From contig CBDDCX010000007.1 in assembly GCA_965226375.1 (NCBI GenBank), positions 288,001 through 352,000 of the forward strand: a stretch of 64,000 nucleotides of DNA, given 5' to 3'. The stretch's first letter is position 1. Every line of letters starts with the position of its first letter. This stretch comes from Longimicrobiales bacterium (GTDB lineage Bacteria > Gemmatimonadota > Gemmatimonadetes > Longimicrobiales > Gaopeijiaceae). The position numbers and the translations under genes are program-made. Below, piece by piece: positions 40,831-51,526 of this stretch. The notes beneath the pieces were generated by a model. It was not told where the DNA came from. It did no database searches and worked only from the letters and a program-made list of their open reading frames with translations.

Positions 40831-43800
40831 ATGATCAAACCGACGGACGGACCTGAGGACGGCCCTGAGGACGGTCCCATGGACCCGCGGCAAGACGCCG
40901 GGTTCCTGGCCCGTTTCAAGGAGTTCAAGGCCACGAGCCTCGCGGTGGACTATCAGACGAGCGTGCTGGTGCTTCTGGCGTTCATCACGGTTGCCGGGCT
41001 AGCGGCGTATCGGTCGATTCCCAGGGAGTCCTTCCCGGAGATCGAAATCCCGATGATCGCCGTGAATACGATCTATGTGGGAGTGTCTCCGGCCGACATC
41101 GAAAGCCTGGTGACTCGTCCTTTGGAAGACGAGTTGTCGACCATCTCCGACATCAAGGAGCTCACGTCCACTTCTGTCGAGGGTTATTCCAGCATCGTCG
41201 CCGAGTTCGAGACGACCGTGAACCTGGATGAGGCTCTTCAGAAGGTCCGAGAGAAGGTGGACCTCGCCAAGCCGGACCTTCCGACCGAGGCCGAGGATCC
41301 CTCGATCGTGGAGTTCGATTTCTCCGAATTCCCGGTCATGCAGGTCAACCTCTCCGGCGAGTACGGAGTCGTCCGTCTAAAGGAGATCGCCGAGGATCTC
41401 CAGGACCGGCTCGAACAGATCCCCTCGGTTCTGCGAGCGGACGTGCGCGGCGGCCTCGAGAGCGAGGTGAAGGTGGACGTCCACCTCGATCGCCTCCAGT
41501 TCTATGGACTGGCAATCACGGACGTGATCGATGCTATCCGGGACGAGAACGTGAACATCCCGGGTGGCTCGATCGACGTGGGCTCCCTCAAGTATCTGGT
41601 CCGCGTCGACGGCGAGTTCGACGACCCGTTGGTCATCGAAGACATCGTGGTGTCGACCAAGGCTGATCGCCCCATCTACGTGCGCGACATCGCAGATGTC
41701 GACTTCGGGTTCAAGGAACGCGAGAGCTATGCGCGTCTAGACCGGGCACAGGTCGTGACATTGGACGTGGTGAAGCGGTCGGGCCAGAACATCATCGAGA
41801 CGGCCGAGCTGGTGAAGGGAGTCATCCGGGACATGGAGCCGGAGTTCCCCCCCACGACGGTAGTGAAGATCACCTCCGATCAGTCGGTGCAGATCGCCAA
41901 CATGGTGAGTAGCCTCGAGAACAACATCATTTCGGGTCTCATCCTCATCATTGGGGTGCTGCTCTTCTTCCTGGGGGCCGGGAACTCGGTGTTCGTGGCC
42001 ATCTCGATCCCGACCTCGATGCTTCTTTCGTTCGTCATCCTTCAACTGACCGGGACCACCCTTAACATGGTGGTCCTGTTCTCCCTGATCCTGGCCTTGG
42101 GGATGCTGGTGGACAACGCCATCGTCGTCGTAGAGAACATCTACCGATACGTCGAAGAGGGTTGGGACCGCAGGGTAGCCGCCAAGAAGGCCACGGGTGA
42201 AGTTGCGATGCCGGTCATCGCCGCAACGCTGACCACCCTGGCCGCCTTCGCTCCACTGCTGTTTTGGCCCGGCCAGGTGGGCGAGTTCATGAAGTTCATG
42301 CCGTCGACCCTGATCATCGCGCTGTCGAGCTCGCTGTTCGTGGCTCTGATCATCGTTCCGACTCTGTGCGCCATGTTCCTGCGTCTCGAAGACGATCCCG
42401 CGCCGCCTCTCACGCCTGCGGCGCGTTGGACGTTCATCGTCGCGGGTGCGTTGCTCTTGCTGAGCTTCGCGAGCAAGAACTTGCTCACGGCCGGCATGAT
42501 CGCCGGGACGGTGGTCCTGCTCTGGGGCCTGAATCACTACGTCACGGCCCGCCTGGCGAAGCGGTTCCAGGCTTCGGTATTGCCCCGCGTGCTCACAGTG
42601 TACGAAGGCCAGTTGCGCTGGTCCCTCGACCACCGAGCCACGGTTATCCTCGGCTCCGTGGCAGGCCTGGTGGTGACGCTCATGCTCTTCGCGCGCTTCA
42701 ATGCCGGGGTCGAGTATTTTCCCGAGGACATGCCTCCCAAGGAGATCCTCGTGGACATCGATCTCCCCGTGGGGAGTCGTGCCGAGGCCACCGACGCCAT
42801 CGCCCGACGCCTGGAATCTGAGATTCTTGTTGTCCCGGGCATCTCCGATGCCAAGTCCGTGGTCGCCACCGTGGGCGGTGGTGGTGGCTCGGCCATGATG
42901 GGAGGAGGAGCCTCGGGACCTGACGCGGGTCGCCTGACGGTCAGCATGGTGGAGTTTGCCGACCAGGAATACGATGCGTTCGACCTCTTGGCCGCCCTGC
43001 AAACGTCTCTGGGAACCGACATTGCAGGGGCAGAGATCACGGTCGACCAGATGGAAGAGGGTCCCTCCCAAGGTGCTCCGGTCAACATCGAGATCATCGG
43101 TGAAGACGCCGGGACTCTGAAGGATCTGTCCGACCGGGTCCTGGCGATTCTCCAGGACGACCCGGTCTACGAGAAGCTGGTGGGCTTGGAGAGTGATCTG
43201 GACGAGGCCCGACCGGAGCTCTCCGTCGCGGTGGATCGCGAAAAGGCGGCCCTCTACGGCGTCTCGAGCCGCGATGTCGGTATGGCCATCCGTGGAGCCA
43301 TCCAGGGCATCGAGGCGGCCAAGTACCGGACTGGGAACGACGAGTACGACATCGTCGTCCGCCTTGCGGAGAAATACCGCGGTGAGCTCGAATCCCTGCG
43401 GGATCTGACCGTCATGAACGAGGGCACGCAGATTCCGCTGTTGTCCGTGGCGAGCTGGGAGGTCGCCGATGGCTACGGCAGCATCCGCCGAAAGGACCAG
43501 ACACGCATGGCCACGATCAGCTCCGACGTGAGAGCCGGCTTGAACAGCAACGCCGTCCTCGGAGAGGTGCGCCAGGTCTTGGCCGACTTCGCGACCCACG
43601 AGCTGCCTGTCGGCTATCGGCTACAGTACACTGGACAGTCGCAAGATCAGGATGAGGCCGCGGCGTTCCTGCGCAACGCGTTCCTGGGTGCGGTCATGCT
43701 GATCGGGCTGATCCTGGTTACCCAGTTCAATTCGGTGGTCAAGCCGGTGATCATTCTGACGTCGGTTTTCATGTCCACCGCCGGCGTCTTCCTAGGACTC

Positions 43801-44415
43801 ATGATCTTCCGCATGCCGTTCGGGATCATCATGACGGGCGTGGGGATCATTTCTCTCGCCGGGATCGTGGTGAACAACGCGATCATCCTGATCGACTACA
43901 TCGATACTCTGCGTACCAGAGACGGTATGGATCGGCACGAGGCACTGGTCCGGGGTGGTCACGTGCGATTCCGGCCGGTGGTCTTGACGGCGATTACTAC
44001 GGCACTGGGCCTGGTTCCGTTGGCGATCGGGCTGAACTTCGACTTCTTCGGGCTCTACACGACCCTCCAACCCGAGCTCTATTGGGGTGGCGAGCAAGCG
44101 GCTTGGTGGGGTCCGATGGCGATTGCTGTCATCGTTGGTATCCTGTTCGCGACCTTCCTGACGTTGATTTTGGTCCCGGTGCTTTACTCCCTGGTCGATG
44201 ACCTGACCGACTTCCTGACGCGGCATTACACGCACACGCTGGATGACCAGACGGAGGTCGAAGACGAGCCGGAGACTTCCTACCATGTCGCCGAGGGCGA
44301 TTGGGCACCGGTGAGCGCTGGCCACTCGGTTCCGGAGCCGGCAACTGCACGCTCGGAGCGGGTCCAGCCGCGTGCTTTGGGGTCCACAGGCGGGCTCACG
44401 CCTCAGCCCGAGTAG
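40831..44415 (+). CDS. RND permease (AcrB/MdtB-like)
   Basis: PRESFPEI, GMLVDNAIVVVENI, GIVVNNAI and RFRPVVLT. Confidence 0.95.
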   Translation: MIKPTDGPEDGPEDGPMDPRQDAGFLARFKEFKATSLAVDYQTSVLVLLAFITVAGLAAYRSIPRESFPEIEIPMIAVNTIYVGVSPADIESLVTRPLEDELSTISDIKELTSTSVEGYSSIVAEFETTVNLDEALQKVREKVDLAKPDLPTEAEDPSIVEFDFSEFPVMQVNLSGEYGVVRLKEIAEDLQDRLEQIPSVLRADVRGGLESEVKVDVHLDRLQFYGLAITDVIDAIRDENVNIPGGSIDVGSLKYLVRVDGEFDDPLVIEDIVVSTKADRPIYVRDIADVDFGFKERESYARLDRAQVVTLDVVKRSGQNIIETAELVKGVIRDMEPEFPPTTVVKITSDQSVQIANMVSSLENNIISGLILIIGVLLFFLGAGNSVFVAISIPTSMLLSFVILQLTGTTLNMVVLFSLILALGMLVDNAIVVVENIYRYVEEGWDRRVAAKKATGEVAMPVIAATLTTLAAFAPLLFWPGQVGEFMKFMPSTLIIALSSSLFVALIIVPTLCAMFLRLEDDPAPPLTPAARWTFIVAGALLLLSFASKNLLTAGMIAGTVVLLWGLNHYVTARLAKRFQASVLPRVLTVYEGQLRWSLDHRATVILGSVAGLVVTLMLFARFNAGVEYFPEDMPPKEILVDIDLPVGSRAEATDAIARRLESEILVVPGISDAKSVVATVGGGGGSAMMGGGASGPDAGRLTVSMVEFADQEYDAFDLLAALQTSLGTDIAGAEITVDQMEEGPSQGAPVNIEIIGEDAGTLKDLSDRVLAILQDDPVYEKLVGLESDLDEARPELSVAVDREKAALYGVSSRDVGMAIRGAIQGIEAAKYRTGNDEYDIVVRLAEKYRGELESLRDLTVMNEGTQIPLLSVASWEVADGYGSIRRKDQTRMATISSDVRAGLNSNAVLGEVRQVLADFATHELPVGYRLQYTGQSQDQDEAAAFLRNAFLGAVMLIGLILVTQFNSVVKPVIILTSVFMSTAGVFLGLMIFRMPFGIIMTGVGIISLAGIVVNNAIILIDYIDTLRTRDGMDRHEALVRGGHVRFRPVVLTAITTALGLVPLAIGLNFDFFGLYTTLQPELYWGGEQAAWWGPMAIAVIVGILFATFLTLILVPVLYSLVDDLTDFLTRHYTHTLDDQTEVEDEPETSYHVAEGDWAPVSAGHSVPEPATARSERVQPRALGSTGGLTPQPE

Positions 44416-44638
44416 CTTCTGACGCATGGCGACACAGGCGGCAGCCGTGGAGGAGCCGTCCAACGTTTGGGACCGGGACTGTGTCCACATGAGTAGTCAG
44501 GCGATGTTCAACTGCGCACGTGCAGAGTGTCCTATACAGACTCGGGCCTCGATGCTCAGGGTTGATCGATAGATCGGGAGAGGGATGAGCCGCGGAAGTG
44601 TGAAAATTCCAGTCCACCCGCCCACCGAAACGTCTGAT

Positions 44639-45928
44639 ATGTTTCGCTGTGCCATGCTCGGCACTGCGGCGCTCCTGACTCTCGTGTCAGGACCCTCACG
44701 CATCCGGGCCCAAGAACCGGCCGACACGGGTGTAGCACAGGGTCAGAGGGCCCTGCGGGTCTTTTTCGACTGCTCGGGCCGCAACTGCAACTCTACCTAT
44801 TACCGCACCGAGATCGACTGGGTGAATTGGGTACGAGATCGCACGCTCGCGCAGGTCCATCTCATCATGACCAGCCAGACCAACGCGAGCGGCGGTAGGG
44901 AGTACGGATTCGACTTCATCGGGCTGCAGGAACTCGAGGGGCAGGATGACGCGCTGATCTATGCGTCCCTGGGATCGGACACCTCCGAGGAGAACTGGAG
45001 GGGCATCTCACAGGTCATAGCGGTCGGTCTCGCCCGGTACTCGGTGTTGGCGGGGAGCGGAGAGGGGCTGGAGGTGCAGCGATCGGGTGAATCGCGTGAC
45101 CTCACGGATCGTTTGGTGACCGGTGACGAGGTGGAGGATCCCTGGGACTTCTGGGTCTTCAACGTCGGCCTGAACGGCAACTACGAAGAGGAATCCTCTG
45201 AGGACGAAGTGAGGATCAGGGGTAACATGTCGGCGAGCCGGACCACGACCACCTGGAAATTCCGCCTGAGTGGCTTCGGCAGTTACTCGAGAGAAAACCT
45301 ACAGCTCAGTGATAGCTCCACGGTGGTGGACACTCGCAGCAACTGGAATCTGAACCAGGAGATCGTCTACGCTCTGGCCGACCATTGGTCCGTGGCCTTC
45401 GAATCCCGAGCCAGCGCCTCCACCCGGTCGAATCAGGACTTCGGCATGGAGGTCGGGCCCGGAATCGAGTACAGCTTTTGGCCCTACGAGGAGGCTCCTC
45501 GGCGTTCGCTGACGGCGACCTACCGCGTCAGCGTCCAGTACTTCGACTGGGAAGAAGTGACGCAATTCCGCAAGACCACCGAGACACGCCCGGGGCAGGA
45601 TCTCGAGATAAGGCTCTTTCAACGACAGACGTGGGGTGACTCCTGGCTCCGTCTGGAGGCTTTGTCTTTCCTCGACAACTTCGAGCAGAACTCGATCGAG
45701 CTGAACGGGAATGTCAGCATCCGGATCTTCCGCGGTCTCCGGTTCAACCTGGGAGGTGGGTGGGAGCGGATCCGCGACCAGATCTTTCTGCCGCTCGGGG
45801 ACCTCACCGATGAAGAGATCCTGCTCGGCCAGCGCGAACGAGCCAGTGAGTACGAGTTCAACATCCGGGCCGGCTTCAGCTATCAGTTCGGCTCCATCTT
45901 CAACAACGTGGTGAACAACCGCTTCTGA
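44639..45928 (+). CDS. Hypothetical outer-membrane beta-barrel protein (start approximate)
   Basis: Signal peptide, N-terminal C-x4-C domain, alternating beta strands and C-terminal Phe (NNVVNNRF). Confidence 0.65.
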   Translation: MFRCAMLGTAALLTLVSGPSRIRAQEPADTGVAQGQRALRVFFDCSGRNCNSTYYRTEIDWVNWVRDRTLAQVHLIMTSQTNASGGREYGFDFIGLQELEGQDDALIYASLGSDTSEENWRGISQVIAVGLARYSVLAGSGEGLEVQRSGESRDLTDRLVTGDEVEDPWDFWVFNVGLNGNYEEESSEDEVRIRGNMSASRTTTTWKFRLSGFGSYSRENLQLSDSSTVVDTRSNWNLNQEIVYALADHWSVAFESRASASTRSNQDFGMEVGPGIEYSFWPYEEAPRRSLTATYRVSVQYFDWEEVTQFRKTTETRPGQDLEIRLFQRQTWGDSWLRLEALSFLDNFEQNSIELNGNVSIRIFRGLRFNLGGGWERIRDQIFLPLGDLTDEEILLGQRERASEYEFNIRAGFSYQFGSIFNNVVNNRF

Positions 45929-46078
45929 TTGTGCTCCTGCGGGGCCGTTCGGCATCCGCCCCGGGGGGCAGGGCCTACCTGTACGTCGGCTCGGCGTTCG
46001 CTTATGATGCGCCGCTCGCGGACGTGACCGGCTGGTTCGATGGCCGAGGCACATCCGGGACACGACCGAGAGCCGATC

Positions 46079-46120
46079 TACCCTAAGCCGTCATACCCGA
46101 AGCCGTCATACCCGAAGCCG
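46079..46120 (+). repeat. 15-bp tandem repeat x~3
   Basis: TACCC(T/G)AAGCCGTCA units immediately upstream of the FeS-NrfD gene. Confidence 0.9.
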
Positions 46121-46127
46121 GAGCGAC

Positions 46128-47681
46128 ATGGAGAGCCACACGCTGTCGGGCCCCAAGGCCGACGCGCCCATAGGGGCAATGCCCGTATGGGCGAAAGTCG
46201 TGGATCACACTCGCTGTATCGGTTGCCACGCCTGCACGACGGCATGTAAGTCGGAGAACGACGTCCCGCTGTCCGTGACCCGGACGTACGTGAAATACGT
46301 GGATGTCGGCCAGTATCCCCAGACGCGACGGTCCTTTCAGGTCACTCGGTGTAACCAGTGTGCCGACGCTCCTTGCGTCACGGCCTGCCCCACCTCTGCC
46401 ATGTACGCGCGTCCGGACGGGATCGTCGACTTCGACAAGTCGATCTGTATCGGCTGCAAGGCATGCATGGCCGCCTGCCCGTACGACGCCATCTTCATCA
46501 ACCCGGTGGACCATTCGGCTGAGAAGTGCAACTTCTGCGCTCATCGCATCGACATGGGCTTGGAGCCGGCCTGTGTCGTGGTCTGCCCCACGGAGGCGAT
46601 CCTGGTAGGAGACCTTACCGATCCCGCTTCCGCGGTCAACCAGATCGTCAATCGGGACGCCGTCACCGTGCGACGCCCCGAGAAGGGGACGCGTCCCAAG
46701 CTCTACTACAAGGGTGCGGATCAGGTCACGCTCGATCCCCTGGCGGCTCGAAGGCCCGAAGGCGGGTTGTTCATGTGGAGCGAACAGGGAGATGTGTCAC
46801 ATCAGGTACCTGCTGGGCATCCGGGTCCCTGGAACAGCTCCGCCGCAGCGGTGCTGTCGTACGACGTGCTGCATCGTGCGCCCTGGGACTGGCGTGTCAG
46901 CTTCTACACCTGGACCAAGTCGGTAGCGGCAGGTGCGTACCTCGTGCCGCTGCTGCTCATCCTGGTGGGTCTGCTCTCGGGAACCAGCTCGTTATGGAGC
47001 TTCGGCGCTCCCGTGGTGGGGCTGGCGTTCCTTGCGGTGACGGGCGCGCTCCTCATTTGGGATCTGGAGCATCCGGAGCGGTTCTACATGATCTTCACCC
47101 GACCCCAGTGGCGAAGTTGGCTGGTCCGGGGCGGGGTCATCATCGGAGGGTACGGGGCGGTGCTGGTGCTCCACCTCGGAGCCGAGGTAACTGGCCGGTC
47201 GGGGGTCGCGGGGCGTCTGGCTTGGGCGGGCGGGCCGCTTGCCGCAATGACCGCGGTCTACACGGCCTACCTGTTCGCCCAGGCCAAGGCTCGCGACCTG
47301 TGGCAGAATCCGCTCTTGCCGCCACACCTCTTGATCCAGTGCCTGATGGCGGGGGCGGGGGTCATGTCACTTCTGGCCCCCATTTGGGACGGATCAGCGA
47401 CCGGACTGCTCCGCCTCTGTTTTGCTGGCGCTACGGTAGTACATCTCCTCATGGTGGCGGGCGAAGTGACACTCCCTCACGTCAGTGCTCACGCACGGCT
47501 CGCGGTGTTCGAGATGACGCGCGGACGGTTCAGCCGATGGTTCTGGGTCGGAACGATTTTCTCCGTAGTCGGCTTGTTGGCACCCTGGACAGGGGGGGCC
47601 GTGGTGGCTCTCGGACTCCTTGGCCTCGCGGCTTACGAGCACGCATATGTCCAGGCTGGTCAAGCGGTTCCTCTGGCATAG
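46128..47681 (+). CDS. 4x[4Fe-4S] ferredoxin (NrfC/PsrB-like) fused to an NrfD/PsrC-like membrane anchor
   Basis: CIGCHACTTAC, CNQC...PC..AC, CIGCKACMAAC and CNFC...AC...C, followed by PWDW, DLEHPERF and SW..RG with about 8 TMs. Confidence 0.9.
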   Translation: MESHTLSGPKADAPIGAMPVWAKVVDHTRCIGCHACTTACKSENDVPLSVTRTYVKYVDVGQYPQTRRSFQVTRCNQCADAPCVTACPTSAMYARPDGIVDFDKSICIGCKACMAACPYDAIFINPVDHSAEKCNFCAHRIDMGLEPACVVVCPTEAILVGDLTDPASAVNQIVNRDAVTVRRPEKGTRPKLYYKGADQVTLDPLAARRPEGGLFMWSEQGDVSHQVPAGHPGPWNSSAAAVLSYDVLHRAPWDWRVSFYTWTKSVAAGAYLVPLLLILVGLLSGTSSLWSFGAPVVGLAFLAVTGALLIWDLEHPERFYMIFTRPQWRSWLVRGGVIIGGYGAVLVLHLGAEVTGRSGVAGRLAWAGGPLAAMTAVYTAYLFAQAKARDLWQNPLLPPHLLIQCLMAGAGVMSLLAPIWDGSATGLLRLCFAGATVVHLLMVAGEVTLPHVSAHARLAVFEMTRGRFSRWFWVGTIFSVVGLLAPWTGGAVVALGLLGLAAYEHAYVQAGQAVPLA

Positions 47682-47712
47682 CTAATTGATTAACCAGTAA
47701 AGATTTAGGTTG

Positions 47713-50628
47713 ATGAACTTAAACGACCTTAATAAGCGTGTCTCGGCAGCCCGGGCTGAAGTGGAAGCTCGCGGAGAGACGTTCTATCCGGGTCCCAGTC
47801 GAATCCATTTGTCGGCATTCCCTCCCAAGGAGCGATGGAACGATTGGGTGGAGCTCGACTCCTCCGCATGGCCGGCCCGAGTGGAGCGCCGTTACATGCT
47901 CGTGCCCACCACCTGCTTCAACTGCGAATCGGCATGTGGCCTCTTGGCCTACGTCGATCGGGAGACACTCGAAGTACGGAAGTTCGAGGGGAATCCCGAA
48001 CATCCGGGATCACGGGGCAGGAACTGTGCCAAGGGCCCGGCCACCCTGAACCAGGTCACGGATCCGGATCGGATCCTCCATCCCCTCAAGCGTGCCGGGA
48101 GGCGCGGTGAGGGGAAGTGGGAGCGCGTGAGCTGGGATGAGGCGTTGGACGTGCTAGCGGAGCGCATTCGTGCTGCGCTGACGAGCGGTCGCGCCAACGA
48201 GGTCATGTACCATGTCGGACGTCCGGGCGAGGCCGGGTTCGCCAACAAGGTACTGTCCGCCTGGGGGGTGGACGGACACAACTCCCATACAAACATCTGC
48301 TCGTCCGGGGCCAGGGTCGGGTTCAATTTGTGGGTCGGATCGGACCGGCCGAGCCCGGATTTCGAGCACGCAAAAGTCATCTTCCTCATCTCCAGTCACC
48401 TGGAGACCGGGCACTACTTCAATCCTCACGCCCAGCGGATCATCGAGGCTCGCCAGGGTGGCGCCAAGGTCATCGTCTTCGACACCCGTCTGTCGAACAC
48501 GGCCACGCACGCCGATCACTACATCGCGCCCTATCCGGGCTCTGAGGCGGCGATCAACTTGGCCATCGCCAACCACCTCATCCAGAACGACCTGTACAAT
48601 CGGGAGTTCGTTCGTCGTTGGTGGAATTGGCGTGAGTATCTCGAGGCCCGGCACCCGACGGAAGAACCTACCTTCGAGCATTTCGAGAAGGTGTTGAAGG
48701 AGCTATACGCTGAATACACGTTCGAATACGCGGGCGCAGAGTCGGGGGTGGAGCCGAGCGCTCTCCAGGGCGTGGCGGAGGCGGTGGCCAAGGCGGGTAC
48801 CCGGCTCTCCGCGCACACTTGGCGGAGTGCCGCGTCCGGCAACCTGGGTGGATGGCAGGTCGCGCGCACGCTCTACATGCTGTGCGCCCTCACCGGCTCC
48901 GTGGCAACGGAAGGCGGGACGCATCCGGCAGCGTGGAACAAGTTCACTCCCAAGCCCATCTACAACCCCCCGGGTCCGCCCGAGTGGAACGAGCTGCTGT
49001 GGCCGCGGGAGTACCCGCTCGCCTATCACGAGATGTCTATTCTGCTCCCGCATTTTCTTCTGGAGGGCAGAGGGAAACTCGACACCTACTTCACCCGGGT
49101 CTACAACCCCGTATGGACCAACCCCGACGGCTTCGCCTGGATCGAGGCCCTGACGGACGAAGCGCTTGTGGGAATGCATGTAGCCCTGACACCTACCTGG
49201 AACGAAACTGCCCAGTACGCGGACTATATTCTCCCGATGGGCCTCGGCTCCGAGCGGCACGACGTGCACTCCTACGAGCAATACGACGGCCAGTGGGTGG
49301 GATTCCGGCAGCCCGTGCTTCGAGTGGCCAGAGAGCGCCTGGGTGAGCACCTCGACGATACCCGGGAGGCCAATCCGGGCGAGGTCTGGGAGGAGAACGA
49401 GTTCTGGATGGAGCTCTCCTGGCGCATCGATCCAGATGGAACCCTCGGCGTGCGACAGTACTTCGAGTCGAAGAAGGAGCCCGGGAAGCCTCTCTCAGTG
49501 GACGAGTACTATGGGTGGATGTTCAACCATTCGGTGCCTGGCCTGCCAGAGGCTGCGGCCAAAGAAGGACTTACCCCGCTCCAGTACATGCGGCGTTATG
49601 GGGCGTTCGAGGTCCGCCGCAAGGTAGGAGCGCTCTACGAGGAAGAGGTGCCGGAAGACGAGCTGGACGGCATCGGTACCGACCGACTCGGCAGGGTATT
49701 CAGTCGGGCCGACAAGCCGTCCACGCCCCATACCGTTACCGCTCCCAAGGCACCGGATGATGGAGAGGGGCGCCGGTGTGTCGGCGTCATGATGGACGAT
49801 TCGGTGAGACGCGGGTTCCCCACGCCGTCGGGGCGACTGGAGTTCTACTCGACCACGTTGGAGGCCTGGGGTTGGCCTGAGCTGGCCCTGCCCGGATACA
49901 TCAAGAGCCATATCCATCGCCAGAACCTGGCCGGCGATCAGATGGTTCTGCTGCCGACCTTCAGGGTACCGGTGCAAATCCACACGCGCAGCGGAAACTC
50001 CAAGTGGCTCGACGAAATCGCCCACACCAACCCGCTTTGGATCCATCCGCGCGACGCCGCACCCCACGGAGTGGCTACGGGTGATCTGATGCGGGTCGAG
50101 ACGGACCTGGGCCACTTCGTTCTGAAGGCGTGGGTGACTGAAGCGATCAAGCCCGGCGTGGTGGCGTGCAGCCATCACATGGGTCGTTGGAAGATCCAGC
50201 CCGAAGGGCAACGGCAGGTTACGGCCGCCGTCTCGTTGGATCGGTCCGGCAACCAGTGGTCCATGCGGCGGACCGGAGGTGCGGGTCCCTACGCCTCGAC
50301 GGATGCGGACACGAGCCGTATCTGGTGGGCCGACATCGGGGTCAATCAGAATCTCACCTTTCCCGTACATCCCGATCCGATCTCCGGGATGCACTGTTGG
50401 CACCAGGCGGTGCGGGTCCGGAAGGCCGAGCCGGGGGAGCACGCCGGCGACATTCGGGTCGACACGACCCGGTCTCGTGAGATATTCAGGGAGTGGCTGG
50501 AGCTGACCCGCCCGGCCGACGAGGTGAGCCCGGACGGCACACGTCGGCCCGGATGGTTCGACCGACCCCTGCGCCCGCAACCTGATGCATACCGGCTACC
50601 CGGATCGGAGGCGGACGACGCGACATGA
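47713..50628 (+). CDS. Molybdopterin oxidoreductase catalytic subunit (DMSO reductase family)
   Basis: CFNCESAC...CAKG FeS motif, RILHPLKR, ISSHLETGH, ETAQYADYILP, HTRS and WIHPRDA; no twin-arginine signal. Confidence 0.92.
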   Translation: MNLNDLNKRVSAARAEVEARGETFYPGPSRIHLSAFPPKERWNDWVELDSSAWPARVERRYMLVPTTCFNCESACGLLAYVDRETLEVRKFEGNPEHPGSRGRNCAKGPATLNQVTDPDRILHPLKRAGRRGEGKWERVSWDEALDVLAERIRAALTSGRANEVMYHVGRPGEAGFANKVLSAWGVDGHNSHTNICSSGARVGFNLWVGSDRPSPDFEHAKVIFLISSHLETGHYFNPHAQRIIEARQGGAKVIVFDTRLSNTATHADHYIAPYPGSEAAINLAIANHLIQNDLYNREFVRRWWNWREYLEARHPTEEPTFEHFEKVLKELYAEYTFEYAGAESGVEPSALQGVAEAVAKAGTRLSAHTWRSAASGNLGGWQVARTLYMLCALTGSVATEGGTHPAAWNKFTPKPIYNPPGPPEWNELLWPREYPLAYHEMSILLPHFLLEGRGKLDTYFTRVYNPVWTNPDGFAWIEALTDEALVGMHVALTPTWNETAQYADYILPMGLGSERHDVHSYEQYDGQWVGFRQPVLRVARERLGEHLDDTREANPGEVWEENEFWMELSWRIDPDGTLGVRQYFESKKEPGKPLSVDEYYGWMFNHSVPGLPEAAAKEGLTPLQYMRRYGAFEVRRKVGALYEEEVPEDELDGIGTDRLGRVFSRADKPSTPHTVTAPKAPDDGEGRRCVGVMMDDSVRRGFPTPSGRLEFYSTTLEAWGWPELALPGYIKSHIHRQNLAGDQMVLLPTFRVPVQIHTRSGNSKWLDEIAHTNPLWIHPRDAAPHGVATGDLMRVETDLGHFVLKAWVTEAIKPGVVACSHHMGRWKIQPEGQRQVTAAVSLDRSGNQWSMRRTGGAGPYASTDADTSRIWWADIGVNQNLTFPVHPDPISGMHCWHQAVRVRKAEPGEHAGDIRVDTTRSREIFREWLELTRPADEVSPDGTRRPGWFDRPLRPQPDAYRLPGSEADDAT

Positions 50629-50656
50629 TCGACCTGACTCACACCGAGGAGTGCGC

Positions 50657-51526
50657 GTGGAGTTGCTCCGGGCGCTAGGCGCCTTGGCGGAGCCGCCAGC
50701 CGAAGAACACGCCAAGCTCGCCGAAGTGCTCGGCCTACCCCGAGCGCCGGAACCGGCGACGCATGCCGATGTTTTTCTCATGCAGCTCCAACCCTACGCC
50801 TCGGTGTATCTCGGCAGCGAGGGTATGCTCGGTGGTGAAGCTCGGGACCGTGTGGCCGGGTTCTGGAGGGCCCTGCAACAGGCGCCCCCCGACGAGCCGG
50901 ATCACCTGAGTAGCCTGCTGGGGCTGGCGGCCAGTCTCGCCGATGCCGAGGCGGGCGAGAGCGACGAGGCTTCGGCCCGTCTGCTGCGCAACACCCGGGC
51001 GGCGCTGCTCTGGGAACACCTTCTTCCCTGGACTCCCGTGTTCCTTCGGCGCGTCGAGGAGCTGGGCGGCTCTTTCTATGGACCCTGGGCCGCTCTACTC
51101 CATGACGCGTTACGGTCTGAGATTGAAACGCTCGGTGTCTTGGGCGTGGCTCCCCGACATCTCGCGGAGGTCGCAGATCTGGCCGACCCGAGAGAGAATG
51201 GTGTCGAGGCGTTCCTGACCTCGCTTTTGGCTCCCGTGCGGAGTGGTCTCATACTGCTTCGTCTTGACCTGTCGCGCGCGGCCGATGATCTCGGATTGGG
51301 TCTCCGTACCGGTGAACGTCCGTTCGTCCTCAAGGGGCTTCTATCACAGGAACCCCGACAACTTCTTGCTTGGTTGGCCAGCGAGGCGCGCGGTCGGGCG
51401 GTCGCACACGAGGTAAGACTCGAGGGTCTGGGGCCGATCCGTGACCACTGGGTCGGTCGGGCGAATGCCACGGCCGATCTCTTGACATCGCTGGCCGCCC
51501 AAGCAGGAGTGGGGGCGCCGGCATGA
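50657..51526 (+). CDS. TorD/DmsD family maturation chaperone
   Basis: PYASVYL, EPDHL and EHLLPW motifs; GAGGA RBS. Confidence 0.88.
   Translation: MELLRALGALAEPPAEEHAKLAEVLGLPRAPEPATHADVFLMQLQPYASVYLGSEGMLGGEARDRVAGFWRALQQAPPDEPDHLSSLLGLAASLADAEAGESDEASARLLRNTRAALLWEHLLPWTPVFLRRVEELGGSFYGPWAALLHDALRSEIETLGVLGVAPRHLAEVADLADPRENGVEAFLTSLLAPVRSGLILLRLDLSRAADDLGLGLRTGERPFVLKGLLSQEPRQLLAWLASEARGRAVAHEVRLEGLGPIRDHWVGRANATADLLTSLAAQAGVGAPA

Noticed and set aside
41737..43599. 620-aa antisense ORF and many other long overlapping ORFs
   Set aside because: These are shadow ORFs typical of high-GC coding DNA opposite well-supported genes, with no recognisable motifs.
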